Part shown: piece by piece, positions 46,418-56,011 of the stretch
Numbering within the stretch: position 1 is the first letter of the stretch
Layout: each line of letters opens with the position of its first letter
IMG/VR virus record: IMGVR_UViG_3300036651_001467
Location: 1-59,059 of that record
Direction: 5' to 3' (one strand)
Origin: a virus
Taxonomy: Duplodnaviria > Caudoviricetes
DNA length: 59,059 bases
Notes under the pieces: model-generated
Told to the model about the DNA's origin: nothing
Databases searched by the model: none
The model's input: the letters and a program-made list of their open reading frames with translations, nothing else
Made by a program: the position numbers and the translations under genes

Positions 46418-46792
46418 ATGGCCGGGGAAACCGGCAATGCCGCTGGGAGGCGGCACAACATGCAAACACTCGAAATCGACAACGCGCTGATCGCGGAACT
46501 TAAAGATAAAACGTACACGGCCATGGCCCAAGGCTGGGGCCAAGAGTACGCTCAACCCCATGAGGGGCTAGGTGGCGGAGCCATCCTCTATCGTGGCACC
46601 GACCTCGCCGCCGCGTATGATGCCCTGCGACGACACGAGAAGGAGGTTGATGTCCTGCGGCGACAGGCGTCGATGCGAGACGCCTCCTACGGGAGCACTG
46701 TCATCGTGCAGGGCACGGCTATCGACGAGCATGGGCGCGAGAGCTATTGCGGTTACCGCCTCACGCTACCGCCCAAGCTAAATCGCCGCTAG
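46418..46792 (+). CDS. Early hypothetical protein
   Basis: Directly after the promoter; alternative ATG at 46460 after GGGAGG. Confidence 0.7.
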   Translation: MAGETGNAAGRRHNMQTLEIDNALIAELKDKTYTAMAQGWGQEYAQPHEGLGGGAILYRGTDLAAAYDALRRHEKEVDVLRRQASMRDASYGSTVIVQGTAIDEHGRESYCGYRLTLPPKLNRR

Positions 46793-46804
46793 GAGGGAAA
46801 TGAA

Positions 46805-47032
46805 ATGCAATACACGCACAAGGGTTTGGGTGTCAAGTTTGGCGGCCGCTGCCTGATTTGCGGTAAGGATACCGGCTCCCGTGACTGGGAGAGGGCTCTA
46901 ACCGCCCTGTACAAATCGGAGGCCGGGAAGTTCGCCCCCGTGCATCCTGAGTGCGCTGGAGGCCGAACCAAGAACGCAGTGGGTGGCGGCGCAAAATACA
47001 GCACGGAGCCAGCGGAAACGCTGGACATCTAA
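46805..47032 (+). CDS. Small zinc-binding protein
   Basis: KFGGRCLICG...HPEC; RBS GGAGGG. Confidence 0.7.
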   Translation: MQYTHKGLGVKFGGRCLICGKDTGSRDWERALTALYKSEAGKFAPVHPECAGGRTKNAVGGGAKYSTEPAETLDI

Positions 47033-47198
47033 CCAGCCCCCTCGTCGCCTCCCGCGATCCCGGCCTAGGCCGAGGCCAGCGGCGGCGGGGCGCAAGGCCG
47101 GCGCGATAGACCGGCCACCTAATGCAGCCACGCGACAACGCGCGCCCGTCCAAAGCCGGGGCAAATGCAGATGGGGAGGGCTGGGAGGCCCCGCGACA

Positions 47199-48425
47199 AT
47201 GGAAGATACCGAAACCATCACCGAACCGCAAACCGCCGCCGACCTGATCGGCACGGCAACCTACGATCCAGCCGACAATAAGCTGCGGCTGTATCCATTC
47301 CGCCGCCTCGACGCCGAGGTATACGCCAAGATCAAGGCCGCCGGCTTTAGCTGGGCACCAAAGCAAGAGCTTTTCGTCGCTCCGTCATGGTCCCCCGGTA
47401 GAGAGGATTTACTTGTGGCCCTCTGCGGCGAGATCGGAGACGAGGACAGTAGCCTGGTTGACCGTGCCGAACAGCGCGCGGACCGATTCACCGACTACAG
47501 CGCCAACCGCCAAGCGGACGGCGACAGCGCCGACGCTACCGCGAAAGGGATCATGGAGCATATCCCGATGGGGCAGCCGATCCTTGTCGGGCACCACTCC
47601 GAACGGCATGCGCGCCGCGACCAGGAGCGCATTCGGCAGAATATCGGCAAAGCAGTGCAGATGTGGAAGCAGTCCGATTATTGGACCCGCCGCGCCGACG
47701 CCGCTCGCTCACATGCCCGCTACAAAGAACTTCCCGCCGTGCGGGCGCGCCGGATTAAAACGCTCGAAGCAGAGCAGCGCAAAATGCAGAAGAACTCCGA
47801 CGTTAACGCAGTGGAGTTGGCCGCATGGGGCCGCGTTCAAGCCATCCCAAACGTAGCCGATCAACTCGCGGCGGCCCTCGCCCTGGCGAACACGGGCGGC
47901 TATAGGAGCTATTCTTTCCCGCTGGCGAAATACCCGCGCAACCCGCCAGCCAGCCAGTACGAGGGGCCCATGGGCATCTGGAGCGCGCTGGATGGTGGGG
48001 TTATTACCGCCGCGCAAGCGGCCGCGCTGGTTACCGCTTCCGCCCAGGAATACGCTCCCCGCTGCGCCCGCTGGCTCGAGCACCTGAATAACCGCCTTGC
48101 CTACGAGCGGGCAATGCTTGCCGCATCCGGGGGAACTGATGCCGACAAGACGAAGCCGGAGAAGGGCGGGGCCTGCAAGTGCTGGGCGTTCCGTGACGGC
48201 TACTCCTATATTCAGAAAGTGAACAAGGTTTCCGTAACCGTGCTCGACAACTGGGGGAACGGCGGCGCCAACTTCACCCGCACGATCCCATTCGACAAAC
48301 TGACTCGCCTCATGACGCGCGCCCAGGTCGAGGAACTGCGGGCCGCAGGACGCCTAGCGGATAATCCGACCAAGACGGGATTTTATGTCTCGGCCGAGCT
48401 CGCGGGCCAGGCGATCGCAGTATAG
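47199..48425 (+). CDS. DUF3560-domain protein
   Basis: ATYDPADNKLRLY, IPMGQPILVGHHSERHARRD, RRIKTLEAE. Confidence 0.88.
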   Translation: MEDTETITEPQTAADLIGTATYDPADNKLRLYPFRRLDAEVYAKIKAAGFSWAPKQELFVAPSWSPGREDLLVALCGEIGDEDSSLVDRAEQRADRFTDYSANRQADGDSADATAKGIMEHIPMGQPILVGHHSERHARRDQERIRQNIGKAVQMWKQSDYWTRRADAARSHARYKELPAVRARRIKTLEAEQRKMQKNSDVNAVELAAWGRVQAIPNVADQLAAALALANTGGYRSYSFPLAKYPRNPPASQYEGPMGIWSALDGGVITAAQAAALVTASAQEYAPRCARWLEHLNNRLAYERAMLAASGGTDADKTKPEKGGACKCWAFRDGYSYIQKVNKVSVTVLDNWGNGGANFTRTIPFDKLTRLMTRAQVEELRAAGRLADNPTKTGFYVSAELAGQAIAV

Positions 48426-48489
48426 CGGGCGCGCTGGCGATGCCGCCCACGCCAACGCGGCGTGCATCGCCAGCCAGCGACAGGACGGC

Positions 48490-48538
48490 AAAAATAGCGA
48501 CGGCCCCGAGACACGCTCCGGGGCCGTCGCTGCATTTT
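48490..48538. terminator. Bidirectional intrinsic terminator between convergent units
   Basis: AAAAAT-agcgacggccccg...cggggccgtcgct-GCATTTT. Confidence 0.7.
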
Positions 48539-48629
48539 GCGCCATTCAGGCCTGTTCCGGGCCGCTTTTTTCACCGACTGGAACCCTCCCGGCGCTTCCG
48601 CGTCCGCCGGTGCCATGAGAACGGCTGCG

Positions 48630-51206
48630 TCACGCTCCCACTCCTAGCGCGCTCTCCTCCTCCACGAAGTCGAACAGCGCCGGTGCCTTCCGCTTCGCCT
48701 CCGCCTGGTCGAGGTAATAGACGGCGTCGGCATGGTAGCGCGCGCTCAACTCAATTCCCATCCCTCGCCGGCCCAGCAGCACAGCACGGTAGGCCACTGT
48801 GCCGATGCCAGAGAACGGATCCAGTACCATCTCCCCCGGCATGGTGTACTGCGTGATCGCCCGGTCCGCCAAGTCGAACTGTAGCGGGCACAGGTGCATC
48901 TCCCGCCCCTTCGCCGCCTGCGCCCCGTTCAATGTCAACATCCGCGTAATATCCGTCCAAACATCCGGGTGCCACGATTGCGGCTGTAACAGCATGAACG
49001 TCACCGGCAGCCTGCCGCCCGATCGCGGGCAGTCACATTTCCCGCACTGCCGGTCGCCGACGTGGATATGCCCACAGCCGTCGCAGCGCTCCAACGATTC
49101 GCAGAGCGAAACGTGATGCTCGAAGTCGTAGGCGCTGAGCAGCGAGTGGCGCCGGTAAGCGCGGAAGATGTCGGCGTGGGTCATCCCCACCAGGTCGCGC
49201 GCGTCCAGTAGCCGGTTGCCGCTCGACCGCGCGAACCCATGCGCGTCCAACTGCCAGCGCGATCGCGTGTAATCGGCCTTGCTCTTGACCACTGGCACAT
49301 CGGCGTAGCCGCGTGTGGGGTCAGTCACCGGCTTGCGGAACAGTAGCAAGTACTCCGGCATTCCCACGCCCATCCGCGAGCCGTCCTTGCATTGCTCCGT
49401 CCAGCCCAGCCGATAAGTCTGGTTATTCTCGCGCACCACATCCGTCACGATGGTTTTCATGCCGAGGTAGGCGAACCCGTGCCGGGTGAAATGGGTAATG
49501 CAGTCGGCGTGGAACGGGTACACCGTCTGGAAGCCGAGGCCTGTCATGCCGCCCGGCGTGATCCGGTCCTTGACGTGGATGGCCGCGACCCGCCCCGGCG
49601 CGAGAGCCCGCAGCAGCTCCGGAGTCAGGTAGTCCATCTGCTCAAAAAAATGGGCGTTCGAGTCCGAGTGCCCGAAGTCGTTATAGCTGGGCGAGTACTC
49701 GTATTGGGTCGAGAACGGTATCGAAGTCAGGATCAGGTGGACGCTATCACTCTCCAGCCGCCGCGCCTCGACCACGCTGTCGTTATGCACGAGTACTCCA
49801 TGCTCGCTCCGGTACTCGCTGCGCTCGACCCCGATCGCTCGCCCCATCTCCCGCTGGACGCTGGTCGCCAGCCCATACTCACGGATTACCTCTGACATAC
49901 GCGCCACCAACTCCTTGTGCTGTTCCCATTTGCGCTCCAAAATCGCTCGAATCGGCCGCTCCGACTCGGCGTAGATCAAGTCAATCCGGACCCGGCGCCG
50001 CTGCAAAAAGCGCTGAATGCGGTGGATCGCCTGAATGAAATCGTTGAACTTGAACCCAATGCCCAGAAAAATCGCCCACGAGCAATGCCGCTGAAAGTTG
50101 CACCCCGAGCCGGCAATCACCGGCTTGCCCGCCAGCTCGGCGATTTCGCCATCGCTGAACGCCATCACCGCCCGCTCTCGTGCCTCCATGTCCAGCGACC
50201 CGTAGAGCGTGGTGCAGCCAGGAAGCGCGCGCTCGATCGCGTGCCGCTCGGCCTCGAGATCGTGCCAGATGATGCGGTGCGCGGTCGGGTCCAGCGATCG
50301 CAGCTCCAACAGCTTGGCCATGCGCGCCGGCAGGCTGTCGCGCTTTGCCGCTGCCGCCGCTTGCACTCCGATCGCCGCCTGCGACAACAGCCGCCGCTGC
50401 CCGCTGGGGTCGCTGCCGCAGTCCTCGCTCTCGCTCGAAACTTCGTGCCAGTAGATGTCAGCCTCGGGCAGGGCATAGCCCTCATCGCTATATCCCAGGT
50501 CGCTCGGCCGCTGCAGAAACACGGCCCAGGTTTGCAGCCACAGCCAGAACTCGCGCTCCTTGTGGGGATGCAGTGTCAGCGTGTCGGCCTTGGTCGAGTC
50601 GCGCTTGAAGAACCGCGTTTTCATCAGGCCGACATCGCCCGCGTCGAGAAACGCGCTGTACGCCAGCAGCTCGATGTAATCATTGGGCGAAGGCGTGGCC
50701 GTGGCCACGAATTTGTACCGGCCCCAGCCCTCGAACTGGGCCATGAAGGCGCGAAATGTCTTGGTCCCGCCCAGGCCGCGCAGAATCGAGGCCTCGTCCA
50801 GACTGACGCCGGCGAAAGCTCGTGGATTCAGCTTGCCGTCGCGGATGGTCTCGTAATTCGTGAGATAGATCCCGTCGGCAGCGCACTCCTCGATCCGCCG
50901 GCAGTAGCGCACCTCGAGTCCGAGCAGCGCGCCGTCGCGCTTAAACTCCTGCCGCACCCCCAGTGGCGCGACGATGAGGAAACGGCCACCCTCGCGGGCT
51001 AGAATGAGCCGGGCGATCTCGAGCTGGATCAGAGTCTTTCCCAGCCCGAAGGCGGCGAAGATGGCGGCGCGGCCCTTGGCCACCGCCCAGCGCACGATGT
51101 CCGCCTGATGCGGTTTGAGCACCGCGCTGACGTCACCTGGTTCGACGACAAACCCATGGCTACCTGCTCCTACCACCTTTGCCGCCAGAAATTCCTCGTA
51201 GGTCAT
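48630..51206 (-). CDS. SNF2-like helicase fused to an N4/N6 DNA methyltransferase
   Basis: FGLGKT, LDEAS, TATP and QAIHRIQRF helicase motifs; TSIPF catalytic motif and VLDPFSGIGT SAM motif (beta order). Confidence 0.9.
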   Translation of the reverse strand: MTYEEFLAAKVVGAGSHGFVVEPGDVSAVLKPHQADIVRWAVAKGRAAIFAAFGLGKTLIQLEIARLILAREGGRFLIVAPLGVRQEFKRDGALLGLEVRYCRRIEECAADGIYLTNYETIRDGKLNPRAFAGVSLDEASILRGLGGTKTFRAFMAQFEGWGRYKFVATATPSPNDYIELLAYSAFLDAGDVGLMKTRFFKRDSTKADTLTLHPHKEREFWLWLQTWAVFLQRPSDLGYSDEGYALPEADIYWHEVSSESEDCGSDPSGQRRLLSQAAIGVQAAAAAKRDSLPARMAKLLELRSLDPTAHRIIWHDLEAERHAIERALPGCTTLYGSLDMEARERAVMAFSDGEIAELAGKPVIAGSGCNFQRHCSWAIFLGIGFKFNDFIQAIHRIQRFLQRRRVRIDLIYAESERPIRAILERKWEQHKELVARMSEVIREYGLATSVQREMGRAIGVERSEYRSEHGVLVHNDSVVEARRLESDSVHLILTSIPFSTQYEYSPSYNDFGHSDSNAHFFEQMDYLTPELLRALAPGRVAAIHVKDRITPGGMTGLGFQTVYPFHADCITHFTRHGFAYLGMKTIVTDVVRENNQTYRLGWTEQCKDGSRMGVGMPEYLLLFRKPVTDPTRGYADVPVVKSKADYTRSRWQLDAHGFARSSGNRLLDARDLVGMTHADIFRAYRRHSLLSAYDFEHHVSLCESLERCDGCGHIHVGDRQCGKCDCPRSGGRLPVTFMLLQPQSWHPDVWTDITRMLTLNGAQAAKGREMHLCPLQFDLADRAITQYTMPGEMVLDPFSGIGTVAYRAVLLGRRGMGIELSARYHADAVYYLDQAEAKRKAPALFDFVEEESALGVGA

Positions 51207-51532
51207 ATCCCTCCCTCTAGCCGGCAATGCCGGCGCGTACCAAACAAGCGGCTGACGGTCGAATGGTGCAGTTCGAGCGCCCGCGCTATTTCCTTCACGG
51301 ACGCGCCGGCCTCGCGCGCCGCTGTCGCCGCCACCCTCCGAATCTGCACCCGTCGCGGCTCGTTGCCCGTCCGCCACCAGATCCCAACGGGTTCGCCGCG
51401 CCTGGTGCATTCATCGGCCGCCGCCTGCTCGATGATCGCGGCTACGCGCAGCTCGTCCGCCAGCGCCGGCCTTGGATCCATACCCTCGATCGTGTCCGCC
51501 GCCGCCCGGAGTAATCGCACCAGGTCGGTCAT
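51203..51532 (-). CDS. HTH DNA-binding protein
   Basis: GASVKEIARALELHHSTVSRL. Confidence 0.7.
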   Translation of the reverse strand: MTDLVRLLRAAADTIEGMDPRPALADELRVAAIIEQAAADECTRRGEPVGIWWRTGNEPRRVQIRRVAATAAREAGASVKEIARALELHHSTVSRLFGTRRHCRLEGGI

Positions 51533-51969
51533 CGTTCGCTCTCCGTGTGGGTAGCCAGCGCCAGCCGTCCGCGATTCGTGAGTTTGATCACGATGCCAAC
51601 GTGGCAGCGCCAAGTCGTGATCCAGCGGTATTTGCGCAACTTGGCTTGCATCGGCGTTCCTCGCCAAGAGATGACCCGGCCACTTGCCACCGCCTCCAGC
51701 ACGCGCCGCTCGTCGGGGCTCGGCGGGACCCGCACCATGGTTTCTTCCATGTTGCGTGGTCGCCCGCCACGCTTGACGGCCGTGGGCGGCACCAGCGAAG
51801 ATAGTTCATGGCGCTGAATCCGCCGGTATGCCGACGACACCGTAAGGCCAAGCATCTCCGCCATCGTGGCGACGTTGCCCGAGGCGGCGGTGATAGCGTT
51901 GCGTGTTGTCTCCAGATCATCCGGTGCCTTCCCGGCGTGAATGCTCACCGGCCGGCCTCGCGCCCACAA
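51529..51969 (-). CDS. Fis-like HTH protein (start uncertain)
   Basis: ASGNVATMAEMLGLTVSSAYRRIQRH. Confidence 0.65.
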   Translation of the reverse strand: MWARGRPVSIHAGKAPDDLETTRNAITAASGNVATMAEMLGLTVSSAYRRIQRHELSSLVPPTAVKRGGRPRNMEETMVRVPPSPDERRVLEAVASGRVISWRGTPMQAKLRKYRWITTWRCHVGIVIKLTNRGRLALATHTESER

Positions 51970-52125
51970 TGTTTACGCGCGCCGTTTGTGCCGGATTTTG
52001 TACCAAGAGCGAACCCAGCGGAACCAAAAAGAACCGACGGCGCTCCGGGCGTTGATACCTCTTTCGACCGCGTATTTCGCGGCCTTTTGTCGGCTTCGTG
52101 AGGTTCTCTGCCAACCGGGGCTACT

Positions 52126-52172
52126 GCTTCCCAAGCTGGATGTCGCCGGTTCGATCCCGGTCTCCCGCTCCA
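52126..52172 (+). other. attP: attP core: 3' half of tRNA-Gly(CCC)
   Basis: GCTTCCCAAGCTGGATGTCGCCGGTTCGATCCCGGTCTCCCGCTCCA, no 5' half. Adjacent IHF consensus AATCAAGCACTTA (52178-52190) and paired TGT(G/A)CC arm repeats (51986-52005, 52221-52240). Confidence 0.9.
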
Positions 52173-52187
52173 ATTAGAATCAAGCAC

Positions 52188-53330
52188 TTAGGCTTTCCTC
52201 CCCTTTGCGGTTTTGGCTGACTGTGCCGTCTTTTGTGCCGACTCCGTTCCTCCAGTCGGCTTGCGCCGCTCGACGGCCGCGATCGCATCGCGCTTGGCCT
52301 CGCTCCGAATGTGGCCGTAACGTTCAAGCATCCGCTGCGAGACGTGGCCGGCCAGTGCTTTTACCGTCGCCTCGCTCACCTCGGCGTTTTCGAGCAGCCG
52401 CGACACGAACGTATGGCGCAGGTCGTGCCATCGGCAGTTCACCTTCGCCTTGCGGCGCGCCGCTCCCCAGGCCTTCGCAAACGACCCCATGGGCCGGCTC
52501 AGGTCGAGATCCCATAGCCGCGTGACCTCGTCGCCGGCCCCGAGCCGGTAGGCTGGAAAAACGAAACTCTCCGGCTTGCGACCAGGGAAGTACGGCAGCC
52601 AAGCGGTAAGCGCCACACACGCTGCCTGCGATAGCGGAACAGTGCGACCCTCGCCGGCCTCGGTCTTGGCTTGCGCTACGGTCAGTTCGCCGCTGACGAT
52701 GGCGCCCGCGCACCACTCCAGCCGCAGATCGCGCCCGCGTAATCGCCGCAGCTCACCGCGCCGCAAGCCGGAATGGAGAGAGAGCACGAAAGCCGGATAG
52801 AGCGACGGGGATTTGGACGCACGGCAAGCCGCAAGTAGCGCCTCCTCCTCCGCGTCGGAGATGGCCCGTCCCACGTCCGCGCGCTCCCGGAGCTGGCTAA
52901 CGTGATCGGCTAGTTGCGCCCAGATTCCCAGCGGCTTCAATGCCCCGCGCAGAACGCCAATCTCCATGTTGACCGTGCGCGCGGCAAGTCCGCTGGCGGC
53001 GCGCCGGCGCTGGTATACCGCAATGTCGGCGGCGGATACGTCAACAACCAGGCGCGCGCCGAACGCGGCCAGCAGGGGCTTCGACCGCCCAGCCTGCTCC
53101 GTGCCCCATCGCCCACCTTGCCCCGCCAGGTAGTTTTCTACCGCCTGCCGCACCAGCATCGGTTTTGCGGCGGCGCGGATGCCGTTGACGCCGCGCTCGA
53201 GCTGGGCGCGCAGTTCGCGCTCCGCAGCTTCCGCGATCTTACGGTTTGAAGTCCGCGCGGATTTGCGAATTTCCGAGCCGCAGAATTGAAATCGAATCCA
53301 CCAGATTTTTCCACGCGGATACACCATCAC
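52188..53330 (-). CDS. int: Tyrosine integrase
   Basis: GLRRGE, QAKT, HDLRHTF, LAGH, RYGH; abuts attP. Confidence 0.95.
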   Translation of the reverse strand: MMVYPRGKIWWIRFQFCGSEIRKSARTSNRKIAEAAERELRAQLERGVNGIRAAAKPMLVRQAVENYLAGQGGRWGTEQAGRSKPLLAAFGARLVVDVSAADIAVYQRRRAASGLAARTVNMEIGVLRGALKPLGIWAQLADHVSQLRERADVGRAISDAEEEALLAACRASKSPSLYPAFVLSLHSGLRRGELRRLRGRDLRLEWCAGAIVSGELTVAQAKTEAGEGRTVPLSQAACVALTAWLPYFPGRKPESFVFPAYRLGAGDEVTRLWDLDLSRPMGSFAKAWGAARRKAKVNCRWHDLRHTFVSRLLENAEVSEATVKALAGHVSQRMLERYGHIRSEAKRDAIAAVERRKPTGGTESAQKTAQSAKTAKGRKA

Positions 53331-53599
53331 GCCCTCCTTGCCGGCAGCGCCGGTATTTTCGTTTCGTCCTTCAATCGCTGGATCTCCGATCGCGGCACCA
53401 GTATCTTGCCGAAAGGCTTCGACACCTCCAGCCTTCGGCGGTTGATCTGCTCGCGCATGGTCGCCACGCTGCAACGCATTTCGGCGGCGGCCTCCTTGAT
53501 GGTTAGGCTCTCGCCCGGTTCGCCCAACGGCTTGGCATCGCCAGGCTGGCGGCGGTGAACACGCTTCGGCATTTTAAGCACTCGTTCGTCGGTTGTCAT
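53327..53599 (-). CDS. xis: Excisionase-like winged-HTH protein
   Basis: LTIKEAAAEMRCSVATMREQI...GKILVPRSEI; overlaps the int start. Confidence 0.75.
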   Translation of the reverse strand: MTTDERVLKMPKRVHRRQPGDAKPLGEPGESLTIKEAAAEMRCSVATMREQINRRRLEVSKPFGKILVPRSEIQRLKDETKIPALPARRA

Positions 53600-53826
53600 G
53601 CGCGTCCCACCTCCGCAGCGATCGCCAGCTTGGTACTCAGCGGCATCAAGTCCCAATTGGTCGCCTTGAGCATTGCCGTCACCACCCGGTCAAGCTCCTC
53701 CGGTGTGGCCGCGCAGCTAACGCACCGTTTGTTTCGCGCGTCGAAGTTTCGTCTAGCGAGGAGAGTTGGAACGCGCACCTGTTCGCCGCAAGTGGCGCAT
53801 GGTTCGATGGGTGATTGGTCGGTCAT
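53596..53826 (-). CDS. Small zinc-finger protein
   Basis: CATCG...CVSC; RBS AGGAG. Confidence 0.6.
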   Translation of the reverse strand: MTDQSPIEPCATCGEQVRVPTLLARRNFDARNKRCVSCAATPEELDRVVTAMLKATNWDLMPLSTKLAIAAEVGRA

Positions 53827-54026
53827 CGCGTTTCTCCTATTGCCACAGCCAGCCCGTTTGAATTAAAAGTTGCCGCGCTCGCACCGCAACATAAGGACGC
53901 ACCTTATTTCCGTCGCGCCCCGTTCCGAAGTGAAGCCCCCACTCGGGCCTTTCGTTTATCCCAATCGAGAGCACCGTGAAGCGCAGCGAAAGACCAGCGG
54001 CAACTTCGGAGACATCTTCACCGTCA

Positions 54027-54689
54027 TTAAATTTCTGCTGCATTGCCCTCCACCTTCCCGCCCTTCGCTTCCAGCGCGGCGAATGCGGCGCGGATGTATC
54101 TAATGATTGGTCCGGGCTTGAACTCCCCAGGGCAGTCATCGACAGCCTTACACGCCCGCTCCAAGTCCTCCGCCCGCTGCCGCTTCAGCGCGTCGGCGTG
54201 CTCGGCCTTGAGACGCTCGGTAGTCTGCGCCGTTGCGTCAGCGTAGGTCGTGCAAACCGGAACCATCGGCGCCTCGGCCACGGCTGCCGCCAGTCTCAAT
54301 ACGGCTACCTCCGCTCGCAGCGCGTCAATCTCGGCCTTCAGTTCGGCGTTATCGTTGGCGAATGCCGTTATGTCACTCTTGCAAAAGCAGTACCGAAAGT
54401 GAGTGCCGCCATGGGCAAAGGTCCAGCCTTCAGCCGTGCAATGCAGCCCCGGATGACACGCTGTGCGGTCGCACTTGGGGCTATCCGGGTCCGCGTCGTT
54501 GTAAGCCGTGCCGCATCTTTGCCGTGAGTTAACCTCGGCCTTGAGCCGCTCGATCTCGGCATGTGCCCCAATGAGCAATCGCCCATAGGCGTCACCACGC
54601 GCACGCTCGCTCATCTTGTCCTTTGCGAGCCGATCAAACTCCATCAGAATCTCAGCCGCACGTTCAGTCGTTGTTTTACTTTCCATCAC
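54027..54689 (-). CDS. Hypothetical coiled-coil/Cys protein
   Basis: Operon coupling; AEIERLKAE motifs. Confidence 0.55.
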   Translation of the reverse strand: MMESKTTTERAAEILMEFDRLAKDKMSERARGDAYGRLLIGAHAEIERLKAEVNSRQRCGTAYNDADPDSPKCDRTACHPGLHCTAEGWTFAHGGTHFRYCFCKSDITAFANDNAELKAEIDALRAEVAVLRLAAAVAEAPMVPVCTTYADATAQTTERLKAEHADALKRQRAEDLERACKAVDDCPGEFKPGPIIRYIRAAFAALEAKGGKVEGNAAEI

Positions 54690-55086
54690 TCACCCCCTCC
54701 GCGTGGGCATTGTTTACCTCGGGCAACGGCGGCAGTTCGCGCCAGTGGGTGACCGCCATCGTTTCGTTGTCCCCATGCACGTCAAACCACGCCCACCCAT
54801 CCACGACTTCGCTCCGATGCAGCACCGCGTACGCTACCCCATTGGCATCCCGTTGGGCGCAGTTGACGGGCTGCAAAAATTCCGGCAGCCCATCCTCGAC
54901 CCGCGTCCAACCGTTCAGCGGGTCAACGCGTTTGGCTTCGGCGATGGCTTCCTCCACCAAATCAATCGCGGGCTGTGTGCCGCAAGAACAAACAGCGGCG
55001 GTGAACGGTTGGCAGTAAATCGAATGCTTTACAGAACTCCGCACCACGTACAGTTGCTCCAGCGTCAGTGTCGCCGTTCTGTTCAT
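54676..55086 (-). CDS. DUF551-like protein
   Basis: WTRVEDGLPE...VTHWRELPPLP. Confidence 0.7.
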   Translation of the reverse strand: MNRTATLTLEQLYVVRSSVKHSIYCQPFTAAVCSCGTQPAIDLVEEAIAEAKRVDPLNGWTRVEDGLPEFLQPVNCAQRDANGVAYAVLHRSEVVDGWAWFDVHGDNETMAVTHWRELPPLPEVNNAHAEGVSDGK

Positions 55087-55367
55087 ACAGCCTCCCCGCG
55101 CTCGATAGCCTTGGCGCGACGGTGGTGTAGTTTCGCCACCTCAACATCGCCCCGCAATATTGCAATCCCGCTTGGCGATGCCTTCAGGCGTTCAAATTCA
55201 GCCATACCGCGCGCGGTTAGGGAATAGCGAAACTTAGGGCTCTTTGTGTCGGTTTCGATCAGTCCGTGACGTATCAGGGCCTTCAGTGTCATCCCGTTCA
55301 CTGATAACCCCTCCCACTGCCGCCCCATCCCCCAGATTGCATTTTCTTCAGCGTTTGTCAGGTTCAT
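55083..55367 (-). CDS. Small winged-helix protein
   Basis: TLKALIRHGLIE...YSLTARG. Confidence 0.6.
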   Translation of the reverse strand: MNLTNAEENAIWGMGRQWEGLSVNGMTLKALIRHGLIETDTKSPKFRYSLTARGMAEFERLKASPSGIAILRGDVEVAKLHHRRAKAIERGEAV

Positions 55368-56011
55368 CGCGCCTCCTTCAGCATTCGCTCCATGCCCATC
55401 CCCACCGCAAGTTCGCCCGTCATGTCACTCGCAGCACCCAGGGCAAGCTGGGCATCGCCAATCGCGTCCGAGAGCCGGTACGCCTCGCAGAAGCTCTTTT
55501 GCAGCCACGTCTCGCTGTCGGAGCCCCAAGCCGACTGGATCGCGTCAGGGCCACCCACGCGGCGCAAGGCGTCATTCGCTCGCGCTGGCAATGGCTCGAT
55601 ATGCTGCTCGGGCAACGGCCAGCCCAAGTGGCCCGTCTGGACACAGCGCAACTTGTCGCGGTGCCGCTTGACCCACCGTTGCACTTGCTCCCAGGCTGCC
55701 AGTTCTTCGGCGCGGTGGGCGTCCTCGGGCTTGACCGAAACAGCCCCCGAAAGCGCCCTTAACTCGGCCACCGTGGGGAAGAATTTACAGGTGTCGCGGG
55801 CCAGTCCGGCACCCCTCCGCAGGTCATCCGCAGGTAGGTTTACAAGCCCCTCAGCCATGAACTCCAGGGCCTCCGGGGACAGTGCTTGCGCCCCGTTTTG
55901 ACGTGGCAAACACTCACTCAGCGCCCCCAAGATTTGCAGCGCGAGCCTCATGCCGCTCAAGGGCGATGGCGGCATTACGGCGAGTTTGTTCGGCGATTGT
56001 TGGTTTTCCAT
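55364..56011 (-). CDS. Putative helicase loader (lambda P-like position)
   Basis: CKFFPTVAELR motif; follows the initiator gene. Confidence 0.6.
   Translation of the reverse strand: MENQQSPNKLAVMPPSPLSGMRLALQILGALSECLPRQNGAQALSPEALEFMAEGLVNLPADDLRRGAGLARDTCKFFPTVAELRALSGAVSVKPEDAHRAEELAAWEQVQRWVKRHRDKLRCVQTGHLGWPLPEQHIEPLPARANDALRRVGGPDAIQSAWGSDSETWLQKSFCEAYRLSDAIGDAQLALGAASDMTGELAVGMGMERMLKEAR

Noticed and set aside
52100-52172. Possible complete tRNA-Gly gene
   Set aside because: The 5' acceptor strand and D-arm are absent; it is an attP core.
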